Shown: positions 20,627 through 30,147 of the stretch, one piece after another
Numbering within the stretch: the stretch's first letter is position 1
Layout: every line of letters begins with the position of its first letter
Source of the DNA: a virus
Strand: one strand, 5' to 3'
IMG/VR virus record: IMGVR_UViG_3300021255_002737
DNA length: 64,000 bases
The notes under the pieces: generated by a model
The model's database searches: none
Told to the model about the DNA's origin: nothing
The model's input: the letters and a program-made list of their open reading frames with translations, nothing else
Made by a program: the position numbers and the translations under genes

Positions 20627-21183
20627 TTCTCATGCACCACCTTTGCAATGGATTCTTTTACAGTCGCTCCAAAGGAACTCAGTAAATCCTGTCTGAATTG
20701 TTCGTTGTATGCGGTGTTTCCCGTAAGAGTTTCCTGTATTGTATGCTTTGGCTCGTGAGCATCCACAGCAAGATTCCCGAAGGTGCTCTTACTTTCCAGT
20801 CTGAGTCCATGCGGCATACCAATGCCAGAACCACGGTGGTTATTTCCATCTAAGTCCTGGTAAAAGTGACCACTTGGCCTTGTACGGATCGCATATTTGA
20901 AATCACCAGTTTCATTCAGTCGTTCTTTATTGAATACCGAAGAACTTGTGTATTGTGATAAAAATGGATTGCTTCGGTCAAGTTTCGAGCCAGAACCGTA
21001 CTCATTCATCCACATTTTCTGTCCACTGGCAGTGAATCGTCCAGTAATTTCATTGGGGCTGTCATCTACAATTTCAAATTTAATCTCTGCTTCGCCATCA
21101 ATGGTCGATTTTCCCCATTCCCGTTCAATATCTGCCATGTTCTTCTTTGCCCATGTCTCCACGGACTTTGCCATGTTACTCAT
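20623..21183 (-). CDS. head-tail joining protein (HK97 gp10-like position)
   Basis: 186 aa; overlapping start/stop with its neighbours. Confidence 0.45.
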   Translation of the reverse strand: MSNMAKSVETWAKKNMADIEREWGKSTIDGEAEIKFEIVDDSPNEITGRFTASGQKMWMNEYGSGSKLDRSNPFLSQYTSSSVFNKERLNETGDFKYAIRTRPSGHFYQDLDGNNHRGSGIGMPHGLRLESKSTFGNLAVDAHEPKHTIQETLTGNTAYNEQFRQDLLSSFGATVKESIAKVVHEK

Positions 21184-21740
21184 TGTCTCGTATCCTCTGA
21201 TAACTGTAGTTCATACAGTCCGACATACTTTGCCGTATCAATATTGTCAATTTGATAATCCCGTTCACCAAAAGAAACACGGTCAAGCAATTTCACAGGC
21301 ACGGAATTGTGAATGATAATTTTCTTTACAGTCTTTGGGAGGAGTCCTGCGTCATACGTGTGCATTGCTGCCGACACATCTTGGTAATACGTTGGGCAAT
21401 TCTCTGCAATAGTCTTTTCTTCTGTCCCAACTTTTTTATGGTTTACATATTTGTCCGCCAATGTACGAATCGTAATATACGCATTGACTCGTTTTCCTTG
21501 CATCTGTACACAGTCTGAACTTTGCTGTTTCGAGATAATAAAGTATTGCTCACCATTCTGACGTTTCAGAATGTCACCGCCAACGAATTGAGTTCCAAGG
21601 TCTACAAGCATTACTCTACCATCTGCAATTGTCCGTGGACTCATTGTCTTACCTCTACGCAATACCAGTGCTTGTTCCGTTATCCCTTTTTCCGATGTCA
21701 ATGGTTCCATTCGGTCAGTATAGTAAGCTAATACATTCAT
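21180..21740 (-). CDS. head closure/adaptor protein
   Basis: 186 aa; position in the connector module. Confidence 0.45.
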   Translation of the reverse strand: MNVLAYYTDRMEPLTSEKGITEQALVLRRGKTMSPRTIADGRVMLVDLGTQFVGGDILKRQNGEQYFIISKQQSSDCVQMQGKRVNAYITIRTLADKYVNHKKVGTEEKTIAENCPTYYQDVSAAMHTYDAGLLPKTVKKIIIHNSVPVKLLDRVSFGERDYQIDNIDTAKYVGLYELQLSEDTRQ

Positions 21741-22306
21741 TGAATCTCTACACCTCGCAATATATCCTCAATCTCAGGAGAAAAGACACCGCTGTCACTG
21801 AGTGTTACTTTAACATCATAGTCATCACGGCTTTTCCATCGTAATGTGCCACCCATCTGCTTGATATTACAAGCAAGGATTCCACACGCTCTCTTGACAG
21901 ACTCAGGAATTTCACTATATCCGCTTGTATATGTCACCTTGATAGTCTTTGGAGGTTTACGGAACATAAACGACTGAGGAAATTCAAAGGTGAAATACAA
22001 GGATTCATCATCGTCAAAGTCAAGTGTGCTTGCATCGAGTGTTAATACGTCATTACCAAAGTAACTATGTGTCTTTGCCGTGATTTTTTCAATGGAAACA
22101 CGCGGGAAATGCTTGAGCTTTCCCCGAAACTCATGGTCTACACGATTATGCTTCAATTCAACACGTTCGGTATGCTCCATTGGGAAAAACGAACGTCCCT
22201 TGTACGCATCAATGAGTGTTGTAGCCGCTTCAATGTGTTCCATTTTGACGCCACTGATAAGCCCACAATAAGCAGGAATCTCGTCCTCAGTCAAGTATGT
22301 TCTCAT
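21737..22306 (-). CDS. head-tail connector (gp6-like)
   Basis: 189 aa; first connector gene after the capsid gene. Confidence 0.5.
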   Translation of the reverse strand: MRTYLTEDEIPAYCGLISGVKMEHIEAATTLIDAYKGRSFFPMEHTERVELKHNRVDHEFRGKLKHFPRVSIEKITAKTHSYFGNDVLTLDASTLDFDDDESLYFTFEFPQSFMFRKPPKTIKVTYTSGYSEIPESVKRACGILACNIKQMGGTLRWKSRDDYDVKVTLSDSGVFSPEIEDILRGVEIQ

Positions 22307-22503
22307 TTCAGGAACCCGCTCTTCTCGAAGATTTCCTTCGTCTTGGCACTGATTTTAACCTTGCCATCAACAATCGGGATAAAGTGCGTACCAAGCATGA
22401 TAGAACCATGAGATTTCATGGCGTCACATACTTCGTACTCCACTGGTTTCTCTACTGCTTCCGCTGGTTTCGCCGTTGTTACTGTTTTTGCTGTTCTTGC
22501 CAT
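22303..22503 (-). CDS. small head-module protein
   Basis: 66 aa between the capsid and connector genes. Confidence 0.4.
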   Translation of the reverse strand: MARTAKTVTTAKPAEAVEKPVEYEVCDAMKSHGSIMLGTHFIPIVDGKVKISAKTKEIFEKSGFLK

Positions 22504-22580
22504 TTAACTACCTCCTCGATAAAAGCCGCTTATTTGTTTATTTGTTGGGTAATACCAAGCGACTATTTTACTTAGTTATC

Positions 22581-23657
22581 TCAGTTCTTCACCGTTTTCG
22601 TGAGGATGAAGTGCATACCCGTGTCAACACCATGAACAATGTAGTTGGCGAAGTCAAGTACGAACTTATCTGTGAGGAGACGGTCATTTGCAAGCGGCGT
22701 GTCAGGGTTTGCAATCTCATAGACCTTCGGGCCATCATTGAAGAGCCATACGCGGTCAATCATTGCAGTGTTAAGAGCAACAATCTGATGTACAGTCGTG
22801 CCCGCTTCGGAGTTGACCGTCGGCTTGATGAACGGCGTAAGGACAATCGGGAGCTTGCCCATCGGCGTGAAGAAGGCAGGAACCTTGACGCCCGGAACAA
22901 TTTCCGTCGTGATGTCACGCTGGTACAGGGAACGCTCTGCTTCCTCCTTGATGAGGATGTCATACGTTGCAGGGTTCATTGCAATGACATTCGGGTAACC
23001 TGCATAATCAAGGCGTGCCATGAGATTTGCAATCTTCGTGTTGAGTGCATCGGCAATCTTCGTGCCATCAGCAATGGCCGTTACATTGTCCTTGTTTGCA
23101 GAAACCTGAGCGATAACACCGTAGTACGTGAACGCATCCGTTGCATCAAACTTCGTTGCGCCATTCCAGAAGTCGTTGCACGTAGTCTTCGTAAAGTCAA
23201 CGAACATGTCGTCGTAGTCCTTCTCGGTCAGATTCTCGAACGTACCGTAGTTGTTCTCCATGTTGCGCGTGAAGAAATCATAGCGGATACCCGTAGCATA
23301 GCAACGAGCAAATGCCGTCTTCCAGTTATCGCGCTTGTACTCCGCGGAGAGCGTCTTCGGACGATAAGACGGAGCATCTGTCGTGCCAAAGCCAACTTTC
23401 GGGTCAACAGCCTTGGTATTTGCAGGGAGACCCTTCTGCTCATTCCATACATGCGGATAGCCAGATGCACGGACACTGTTAACCTTGACGGCGAGAGCAA
23501 AGTCACGCTTCAGATAGTCATGGAGAACCTTGTCGTAGTCCCCAACGACCAGCATATGGTCTTCATTGTAAACACTAATCGGGTTCGATGCAGCCTTAAT
23601 CGGCTGACCTTTGTCTGTAGTTGCGATAGACGCACTATAAAGTACACCATTACTCAT
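22581..23657 (-). CDS. major capsid protein
   Basis: 358 aa after the protease-scaffold gene. Strong RBS region; size typical of an HK97-fold capsid protein. Confidence 0.75.
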   Translation of the reverse strand: MSNGVLYSASIATTDKGQPIKAASNPISVYNEDHMLVVGDYDKVLHDYLKRDFALAVKVNSVRASGYPHVWNEQKGLPANTKAVDPKVGFGTTDAPSYRPKTLSAEYKRDNWKTAFARCYATGIRYDFFTRNMENNYGTFENLTEKDYDDMFVDFTKTTCNDFWNGATKFDATDAFTYYGVIAQVSANKDNVTAIADGTKIADALNTKIANLMARLDYAGYPNVIAMNPATYDILIKEEAERSLYQRDITTEIVPGVKVPAFFTPMGKLPIVLTPFIKPTVNSEAGTTVHQIVALNTAMIDRVWLFNDGPKVYEIANPDTPLANDRLLTDKFVLDFANYIVHGVDTGMHFILTKTVKN

Positions 23658-23727
23658 TATTCACATCATCCTTTCCAATAAAAAAAAGACCATTGCAAAT
23701 GCAACAGTCTTATCTGTTAGTCAAAAA

Positions 23728-24651
23728 TCACTTACCGTAACGAACCTTGGTAATCTCACGAAGCTTCTCAGCGAGAGACATGTCAGAAGCATTGATCTTC
23801 TCAATCTTTTCTTCCTTTGTCTCCTCTTTGTTTGCTTCAAACGGATTCGGTGCAATCTTCTGCGTCTCAGGAGCAGGAACTTCCTTAGAAGCCTCAACCG
23901 TATCCTTTGCCTTTTCTACATCTGCCTTAATCTCCTCAATGGATGCCTTGATAGACTCCTCAACTTCACCCTTAACATTGTCAACAGATGCCTTGATTTC
24001 TTCAATCTTCTTCTCATAGTCTTTCAGTTTCTCGTCAAGACCTGCCATAATGCTATCGATGATTTCTTTCTTTTCCTGTTCATTCATCTTCTTATCACTC
24101 CTATTCTTTTTCTCCATGCTTGCTGCAAGGGTTTCAATAAATGTATCACTAAATGCTGCACAGTTCTTCCAAAGGATTGCACATCCTGCGCCCTGGAACT
24201 CATCCATGAAAATCGTAGTGTCATCTTCATGTGTATTCGTCGGATACCACTCAGCACTAAAACCAAGCGAATCTGCACCATTTACAATCATGAATGCTTC
24301 TTCTGGGAACTTGTCCTTCCAAATGACCATTTCTGCCATCAGGTTGTCATCTTTTGCTTCAACACTACGGATATAACCAATGTTTGTCTCGCCATGTCCC
24401 GTAAATAAATCAGTGCCATCTGCAAAGAAACCTTCTGGATACGTACAATTCAACGGCATACCAACAAACGAATCCGCGCATTTCTTAATAGATTCCGACG
24501 TAAACACTACGAGCTTCCCATCTGAACCGCACGGCGCACCCGTCGATGCCTTATCAATTTTTGCAATGCATCCTTTAATAACCATCTTACCGAGTTCCGA
24601 GGACATTGTGATGTTTGTCATGGAACTCCTCATCAATTCTTTCTTGTTCAA
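23728..24651 (-). CDS. prohead protease-scaffold fusion
   Basis: N-terminus resembles the HK97-type protease (VGMPLN...GHGETNIGYI...DDNLMAEM). C-terminal acidic coiled coil (EEIKASVDNVKGEVEESIKASIEEIKADVEKAK). Confidence 0.55.
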   Translation of the reverse strand: MNKKELMRSSMTNITMSSELGKMVIKGCIAKIDKASTGAPCGSDGKLVVFTSESIKKCADSFVGMPLNCTYPEGFFADGTDLFTGHGETNIGYIRSVEAKDDNLMAEMVIWKDKFPEEAFMIVNGADSLGFSAEWYPTNTHEDDTTIFMDEFQGAGCAILWKNCAAFSDTFIETLAASMEKKNRSDKKMNEQEKKEIIDSIMAGLDEKLKDYEKKIEEIKASVDNVKGEVEESIKASIEEIKADVEKAKDTVEASKEVPAPETQKIAPNPFEANKEETKEEKIEKINASDMSLAEKLREITKVRYGK

Positions 24652-25970
24652 CCACTATCACCGTCCTTATCTGAACCAGTATCATCCTTTGTATTATCCT
24701 TCAAATCGCCAACGCCATTGAAGCCGCCGCCATTTGCCAAGCCAAGGTCAACATTGATATTCGCTGTCTTTTCAACGTGCGTCATATTGGCGTACTTAGA
24801 AGTGCTTTCCTCATATCCAGAGAGAGCGCGGAACTCATTCTCTGTAATAAGATCAGCCTTGTATTCATTGACAAGACGTGTACTCTTTGCTGTCTTTTGG
24901 TTCTCGCTATCCTCATGGATAAAACGGAAACGCAATATGCCACCAAGTCCCATCTTTGCAATGACATAGTTATTATACAAATCTTCAAGAAGATAAGCGT
25001 ATGGTTTAATCGCACCTTCGGTCATGGAATTATCACGATCATCTTCTGTGCTTCTATCGTTCTGAATCGTGATACCAAGTTCTTCTGGTGGAATACTGAA
25101 TGACATAGCAATAATCTTCGTGAGTCTGTCAATCCAGTCAATACCAAGGTTATCCTTGTTGATACTACGAATCTGACGAGAGTCAATCTCTGTGCTGCCA
25201 ACAATCGGGATATGTCCAGTTCCTTCAATCTCATTGTTCATGTAGTCACGGAACTTATCGATTTCCTCTGGCTTTGCATTGCGAAGTCCAATGAGGAACG
25301 ATGAAGTTGTATTTGTTGCAATGTCATTGGCTCTTGCACACGCTTCAATATAGTCACTGATATATTTGTATGCATATCGCACAGGAGAACAGCCATAGTG
25401 CGTGTCTGTGAAGTTCTGTCGTGTTCCGTAGAAGATATTGTCTGCCGTGAACTTCTTTACGCCATCTCCCTGACTCTGTACATAGCGGAATCCATGCGGA
25501 TTTGTGTAATCCCAAGGCTCAAGCAGCTTGATCGTTCCTGCGTCAACAGGATACAGATATACTGGATGATTCCCATCAGATGACTTGACAGATTCAACGA
25601 CCATCGCATCTAATACCAGTGCATCATCCATGATTCTCTTTGTAAAACTGCGCCGACTATCAATGATATTCGGATGTTCAATCACATTCTGAATCACGGC
25701 AATCTCTTTGGTGTATTTCCTACGTCCAGGAGCAATGACATCAATCGTGTACGGCATAGATGACACGGCATCGCTGATGATATTCATGGCTTTCCGTACA
25801 ACAGGTTCACGAGAAAGATTACGAAGTCTACGCTTATCAGGAGGTGGAAGCACCATTTTCCTTGTCTGCTTCCCGTTCGGGATATTCATGCCATAACGGT
25901 CAGTCCAAAGAAGTTTCATGGCAGGAATCTTGGATGCTAAGAATTTCTGTAGTTTATTCGTTAGTTTCAC
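24648..25970 (-). CDS. portal protein
   Basis: 440 aa between terL and the protease; overlaps terL. Confidence 0.75.
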   Translation of the reverse strand: MKLTNKLQKFLASKIPAMKLLWTDRYGMNIPNGKQTRKMVLPPPDKRRLRNLSREPVVRKAMNIISDAVSSMPYTIDVIAPGRRKYTKEIAVIQNVIEHPNIIDSRRSFTKRIMDDALVLDAMVVESVKSSDGNHPVYLYPVDAGTIKLLEPWDYTNPHGFRYVQSQGDGVKKFTADNIFYGTRQNFTDTHYGCSPVRYAYKYISDYIEACARANDIATNTTSSFLIGLRNAKPEEIDKFRDYMNNEIEGTGHIPIVGSTEIDSRQIRSINKDNLGIDWIDRLTKIIAMSFSIPPEELGITIQNDRSTEDDRDNSMTEGAIKPYAYLLEDLYNNYVIAKMGLGGILRFRFIHEDSENQKTAKSTRLVNEYKADLITENEFRALSGYEESTSKYANMTHVEKTANINVDLGLANGGGFNGVGDLKDNTKDDTGSDKDGDSG

Positions 25971-27609
25971 CCCCTAACTTCTGTAAAGTTTCACCTAGTT
26001 GTTTCATAGTAAATCTTGAACCATTATTATGCGTTACATTGCCTCCAAAGCTGCCAAACGAGAATTTAGCAACAGATGACTCAAGCATAGGCTGTAGTGC
26101 CATATGTAATGCGTCAGGGCAATCATCGTGTGTTCTAGGATACATACGAAGCTGATATAGTAATAACGTTTGGTCTTTCTTGAATTTGATATGACCTTGA
26201 CGAATATGCGGTGAAAGACTTTCGATTCTCGTTGCTTTCCTGTCTTTACCCATGTGCATAACATCAATCCATTCAAGGTAAATACCAGAGTCTATCAGGT
26301 CTTTCTGCAATGTCGTTGAGAAGAACGCCTGGAACTGGTTGGTTTCACATACGATCTTCGGACGATACTTATAGTATTCAGCAATGATGTTCTTTGCATC
26401 CTCTATGAGTTTATCGCCGCTTCTCTTTTTCGCGTCACATTCAAGGACATAGAAGTAATTGTCCATGCCACGAGCAAGTACAAGGATAACAGAGTAATCC
26501 GCACTGCGTTTCGTACTGATAGCAGGGTCTAATGCAATGTTGATTTCCTTGATGTCAGGCGGTTTTTCATAGAAGTTATTCTCTAGCCATTCTGTTTTGA
26601 AAATACGAAGGTTTTCGGTCATTGGGTCGTTCTGATATTCGCTTGCAAACGACTCCTCGGATTCCAGACGTTTTTCCATGAGATACAAGTATTGGTCTTT
26701 TCGTTGGTCAGGCCATAGTACCTTTGTGTCTTTCAGCATTTCTTCCTTATGGTCATAGTAGAATTGCTTTGCGTCTCGATAAGAGTTATCTCCACGAGAC
26801 AGGTCTGTCATAATGCTTTCCCATGTTGCCCAAAGCTCACTTGGCGAAAACTCAATGACTGCCTGGAATCTCTTGCGCTCCCACGATGCAAACCGTGCTT
26901 CTGTCAATAAACGCCACAGAACAGAATTATAACTGAGCACTGTTCCGATGAAAATCGCATCACCATCAACGGAAAGCATTGGAATAACATCTGCTGTCAA
27001 CCAGTGCTCTAATGCATCAACCTGAGTTGGACTATCAACTTCCTCTTGAGATTCCATATCATCAAGCAGTGCTAAATCAGGCCTTGTTCCGCCGAATTGA
27101 AGTCCGCGTAACTGTGCATTGGCACCTTTACAGATGATATAGACACCAGTACGAAGAAGTAACTCTTGTGAGTTCCACAGAGAGTCATTCTTAATCATAC
27201 CGAAGTCACGTTTAATCAATGGGTTAAATTCAATCGCATCACGGATATTCAAGATGAACTGTTTGGCAACAATGGCTGTCGCAGAGATGATGACAATGAA
27301 TTTCTTGTAGCCATACAATGCACACCAAAGGACAAACGCAAAGGAAGTCAAGGTTGACTTTGCATGTCCACGAGGAGATGAAACGCAGACCTTGTTCTGT
27401 TCATCTCGATGGTTGAAGATAATGTCTTCGTATTTATGGATGAGCCATTTATGAAAGGCTTCACTCCACGGGGAGCTAAAGTAATCACTCAGGTAATATT
27501 CACAGAAGAACTGGAAGTCATGTGCTGCTCTATCCTTGGGCGACTCTTTTTCCCCTTTGCGTCTAAGGGATTCGCCAAAGATTTCCTTCATGATGTCATT
27601 CTTAGGCAA
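25954..27609 (-). CDS. terL: terminase large subunit
   Basis: 551 aa. Walker A-like SSPRGHAKST, Walker B-like LALLDDME, C-terminal nuclease part. Confidence 0.8.
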   Translation of the reverse strand: MPKNDIMKEIFGESLRRKGEKESPKDRAAHDFQFFCEYYLSDYFSSPWSEAFHKWLIHKYEDIIFNHRDEQNKVCVSSPRGHAKSTLTSFAFVLWCALYGYKKFIVIISATAIVAKQFILNIRDAIEFNPLIKRDFGMIKNDSLWNSQELLLRTGVYIICKGANAQLRGLQFGGTRPDLALLDDMESQEEVDSPTQVDALEHWLTADVIPMLSVDGDAIFIGTVLSYNSVLWRLLTEARFASWERKRFQAVIEFSPSELWATWESIMTDLSRGDNSYRDAKQFYYDHKEEMLKDTKVLWPDQRKDQYLYLMEKRLESEESFASEYQNDPMTENLRIFKTEWLENNFYEKPPDIKEINIALDPAISTKRSADYSVILVLARGMDNYFYVLECDAKKRSGDKLIEDAKNIIAEYYKYRPKIVCETNQFQAFFSTTLQKDLIDSGIYLEWIDVMHMGKDRKATRIESLSPHIRQGHIKFKKDQTLLLYQLRMYPRTHDDCPDALHMALQPMLESSVAKFSFGSFGGNVTHNNGSRFTMKQLGETLQKLGGETNE

Positions 27610-27625
27610 TCTCTAGCACCTCCCT

Positions 27626-28537
27626 TTATAACTTATACTTATTAATATGTCTTTTGATTGCAGAGTATCTTGTATCTGTATAGAAATCCTGTGCCCTGTA
27701 CCATTCTTCCCAGTCATGCCGTAGTTTGCTATGATTACAATCAGAGCAGCTAGGGACGATATTTTGAATCCTATCGACAAGCTCTGGGTGTTCTTTACTA
27801 AGAATCGTTTGAGGAATGAGATGTTCTGGAAGCAACGGCTTTTCCTTGCCACAATATGCACATTTTCCATGAAATTCCTTGACGATCTTATTCCACTCTA
27901 CGGTGTTGCTGTCGAATCCACCCAAGTGAACCCAGGAACCTCTTTCGCTCCTAACAATGGTATGTGACTGAACACCAAGGATAAACTCCTTGATTTTCTT
28001 CATTGGGATGTTCTGTAAAATCCAATCACGGACTGTAATGTTGATTCGACTGCTGTATGGAATGGCGACGCCAATCCAATTGCCAATGGAATCATAGAAT
28101 CCTCTCGGTGTATCGTCACCAGTCACGTCCTTGTAGATTGACTTGAGATTATCAAGCTGATACCTTGGATTTACCCAAGGACGAATCACACCGGCTTCAT
28201 TGAGATCATGACGAAGTGCCGTGAACTCCTTATCGATACAGGTAATGGATTTTGCTATGTCGTAGCGGTGAAGAACACGTAGGCATTCATTGGACTTATT
28301 GCGTATACTTGTCATCATCAGGACAAATCCATCACGAGAGACAAGATATGAGGTTCGTTTTTTACCTTGTGTATCCTTATAGCAAGACTCAATCGAGTCC
28401 ATTGTGTATTTACGTACTTTTTCAAGGATGTCTTTATGACGAAGATGTAAATCCCATGCTAATACACGGCTATCCATGTAGATGTTGCCATGAACGATTA
28501 CCGTGTCTTGTACTGCATAATTTCCTTCTTCGCCCAT
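27626..28537 (-). CDS. HNH endonuclease with Rha-like N-terminal domain
   Basis: CAYCG...EHLIPQ...CSDCNHSK HNH motif. N-terminus VLAWDLHLRHKDILEKVRKY. Adjacent to the terminase genes. Confidence 0.7.
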   Translation of the reverse strand: MGEEGNYAVQDTVIVHGNIYMDSRVLAWDLHLRHKDILEKVRKYTMDSIESCYKDTQGKKRTSYLVSRDGFVLMMTSIRNKSNECLRVLHRYDIAKSITCIDKEFTALRHDLNEAGVIRPWVNPRYQLDNLKSIYKDVTGDDTPRGFYDSIGNWIGVAIPYSSRINITVRDWILQNIPMKKIKEFILGVQSHTIVRSERGSWVHLGGFDSNTVEWNKIVKEFHGKCAYCGKEKPLLPEHLIPQTILSKEHPELVDRIQNIVPSCSDCNHSKLRHDWEEWYRAQDFYTDTRYSAIKRHINKYKL

Positions 28538-28638
28538 TTCTTATCCTCTCTGTTTTTTACTGTACGTCTAACGTCTTTCCCTTTTTTTACATGGTTCAGA
28601 CGCCTATTTTTCTCCTCCATCGACATAACGTTCACTCC

Positions 28639-29286
28639 TTAAATGTTTGATGGTGCAACTTCACGTAATGCTTCGCAGAGAATCGGGTCTTGTCGAAGCA
28701 TATCTTTGAGTTCTTCATACTGATCTGGTGTAATCCATACAGATACCTTTGCCATTACCGTGCCAATAATACGAGATACCGTCTCATACTTATATACCTT
28801 CTCTTGTATCTCACCAATGGATGCCGTGAGGGTTTGACGGCGAAGCGTGAGTTTATCCAATGAGTTAATCATGGTACTCAAGTCTTTTACATTGACAGAA
28901 CCTTTGCCAACCTGTTTGTTCATCTCGTCAAGCTGTACAGAGATAATATCAAGAGCCGTATTGATGTCATGGAGAGATTTACAATTCTCTCTATAGACAT
29001 TCACAGCTTCATCCGTGGACTCCTCGGAGACATCGCCGCCAAGACCGTGGTCTCTACAGTAACGCGCAATAGAATTGTGTGAAATCTTATAGTTATTCGG
29101 GATGAGTCCAGGCGTGTTATTGATATAGTCCGTCAATTCACGGTAACTCATGCCCTGCATACGCTTTTCACGGACAATATTTGTCAGATTGTACTGTTCA
29201 ACCAATGTCATGCCCGCAGCTTCAAAATGAGGATGATCTGCCCGATTGATTCTTGGTGGCGGTGGCGTTGGATGCTTATTTGACAT
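28639..29286 (-). CDS. terS: terminase small subunit candidate
   Basis: 215 aa. HTH-like MQGMSYRELTDYI...SHNSIARYCRDHG. Position upstream of HNH/terL. Confidence 0.5.
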   Translation of the reverse strand: MSNKHPTPPPPRINRADHPHFEAAGMTLVEQYNLTNIVREKRMQGMSYRELTDYINNTPGLIPNNYKISHNSIARYCRDHGLGGDVSEESTDEAVNVYRENCKSLHDINTALDIISVQLDEMNKQVGKGSVNVKDLSTMINSLDKLTLRRQTLTASIGEIQEKVYKYETVSRIIGTVMAKVSVWITPDQYEELKDMLRQDPILCEALREVAPSNI

Positions 29287-29382
29287 AAAATTTCCCCCTT
29301 GTTTTTCCTGTAGGATAAACTATATGCGTCAACGGAGAAACAATGAGTGTATCGTCTAGCTAGACGACACAGATGGAAATAA

Positions 29383-29679
29383 TCAAGTCTTTTTGATTTT
29401 CCTATTGTAGTTTTTCATTCTGTCAGATGCTTTTTTTCGTTCATCCTCGGTATACTTCCTACTTACTCGTTTAGTTCGGAACGACAATAGCTTCTTATCA
29501 AACTCATAGTACGCCGCAATAGGTTTTCCGTTGACGTAGTCCTGCTTAACTCTCTTGTGAATCTTGTCCAATTTTGTCATCACCGTAGAGTCTGTTGTGT
29601 AGACATGGCATACCGTGCCATTACGGTCAAACTGAATTACCGTCTCTTGTTCGTCCGTTGGTACAAAATAGTCATCCAT
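29383..29679 (-). CDS. hypothetical protein
   Basis: 98 aa with a basic C-terminus. Confidence 0.5.
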   Translation of the reverse strand: MDDYFVPTDEQETVIQFDRNGTVCHVYTTDSTVMTKLDKIHKRVKQDYVNGKPIAAYYEFDKKLLSFRTKRVSRKYTEDERKKASDRMKNYNRKIKKT

Positions 29680-29707
29680 ATATTGATACCTTTCAATGTG
29701 TTATTCT

Positions 29708-29803
29708 AAAAAATGGAAAAGCCTGAGTGTCGTGAATCGCGGCTATTCAGCCAAGTCCAGTGTACTCTATTATAGGGCATCTGGAGTTCACGGTGACTCA
29801 AGC
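29708..29803 (-). terminator. long imperfect hairpin plus U-tract closing the tRNA cluster
   Basis: On the minus strand, GCTTGAG (29803-29797) pairs with CTCAGGC (29727-29721) and is followed by TTTTCCATTTTTT. Confidence 0.35.
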
Positions 29804-29814
29804 AAAAAATCAAA

Positions 29815-29889
29815 TGGAGCTACCAGCAGGAATTGCACCCGCGTCCATGGTGTACAAGGCCATTGTTCTGCTTATTGAACTATGGTAGC
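29815..29889 (-). tRNA. tRNA-Thr(UGU)-like, CCA encoded
   Basis: 75 nt. 7-bp acceptor GCTACCA/TGGTAGC; D stem GTTC/GAAC; anticodon loop CTTGTAC; T stem GCGGG/CCTGC. Atypical T loop (TGCAATT) and no GG in the D loop. Confidence 0.55.
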
Positions 29890-29896
29890 ATGATGA

Positions 29897-30033
29897 AACC
29901 GTAGGATGGATTTGAACCACCATAAAGGAACAAGATGCGCTAGAAACACCTCGGTATGTACTTTCCTTGCTCTAGCCGTTGTGAAGGTCTTTACGTCATG
30001 GCATAATACCTTAACACATTGAGCTACTACGGT
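29897..30033 (-). tRNA. 137-nt tRNA-like gene with insertions; internal hairpin has a CUA anticodon-type loop
   Basis: 7-bp acceptor ACCGTAG/CTACGGT; TAGCTCAATG...GGCTAGAGC D-arm halves; canonical T arm GGTGG-TTCAAAT-CCATC; hairpin GGTGT-TTCTAGC-GCATC. Confidence 0.4.
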
Positions 30034-30097
30034 ATGAAAACAGGAGCCGCCAACAAACGACTCCAGAGACTCGATTCCGCATTGTCGCGGACGAGCT

Positions 30098-30136
30098 AAA
30101 AAGACATGAAAAAGGAGTCGGCATTTTACCGACCCC
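30098..30136 (-). terminator. intrinsic terminator after the antirepressor gene
   Basis: Minus strand reads GGGGTCGGTAAAATGCCGACTCC followed by TTTTTCATGTCTTTTT. Confidence 0.6.
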
Positions 30137-30147
30137 ATGTGTGTCAA

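Noticed and set aside
29708-29803. A third tRNA downstream of the two tRNA-like genes, suggested by the 7-bp GCTTGAG/CTCAGGC stem.
   Set aside because: No T arm, D arm or 7-nt anticodon loop can be drawn. It fits better as a long terminator-type hairpin followed by a U-tract.
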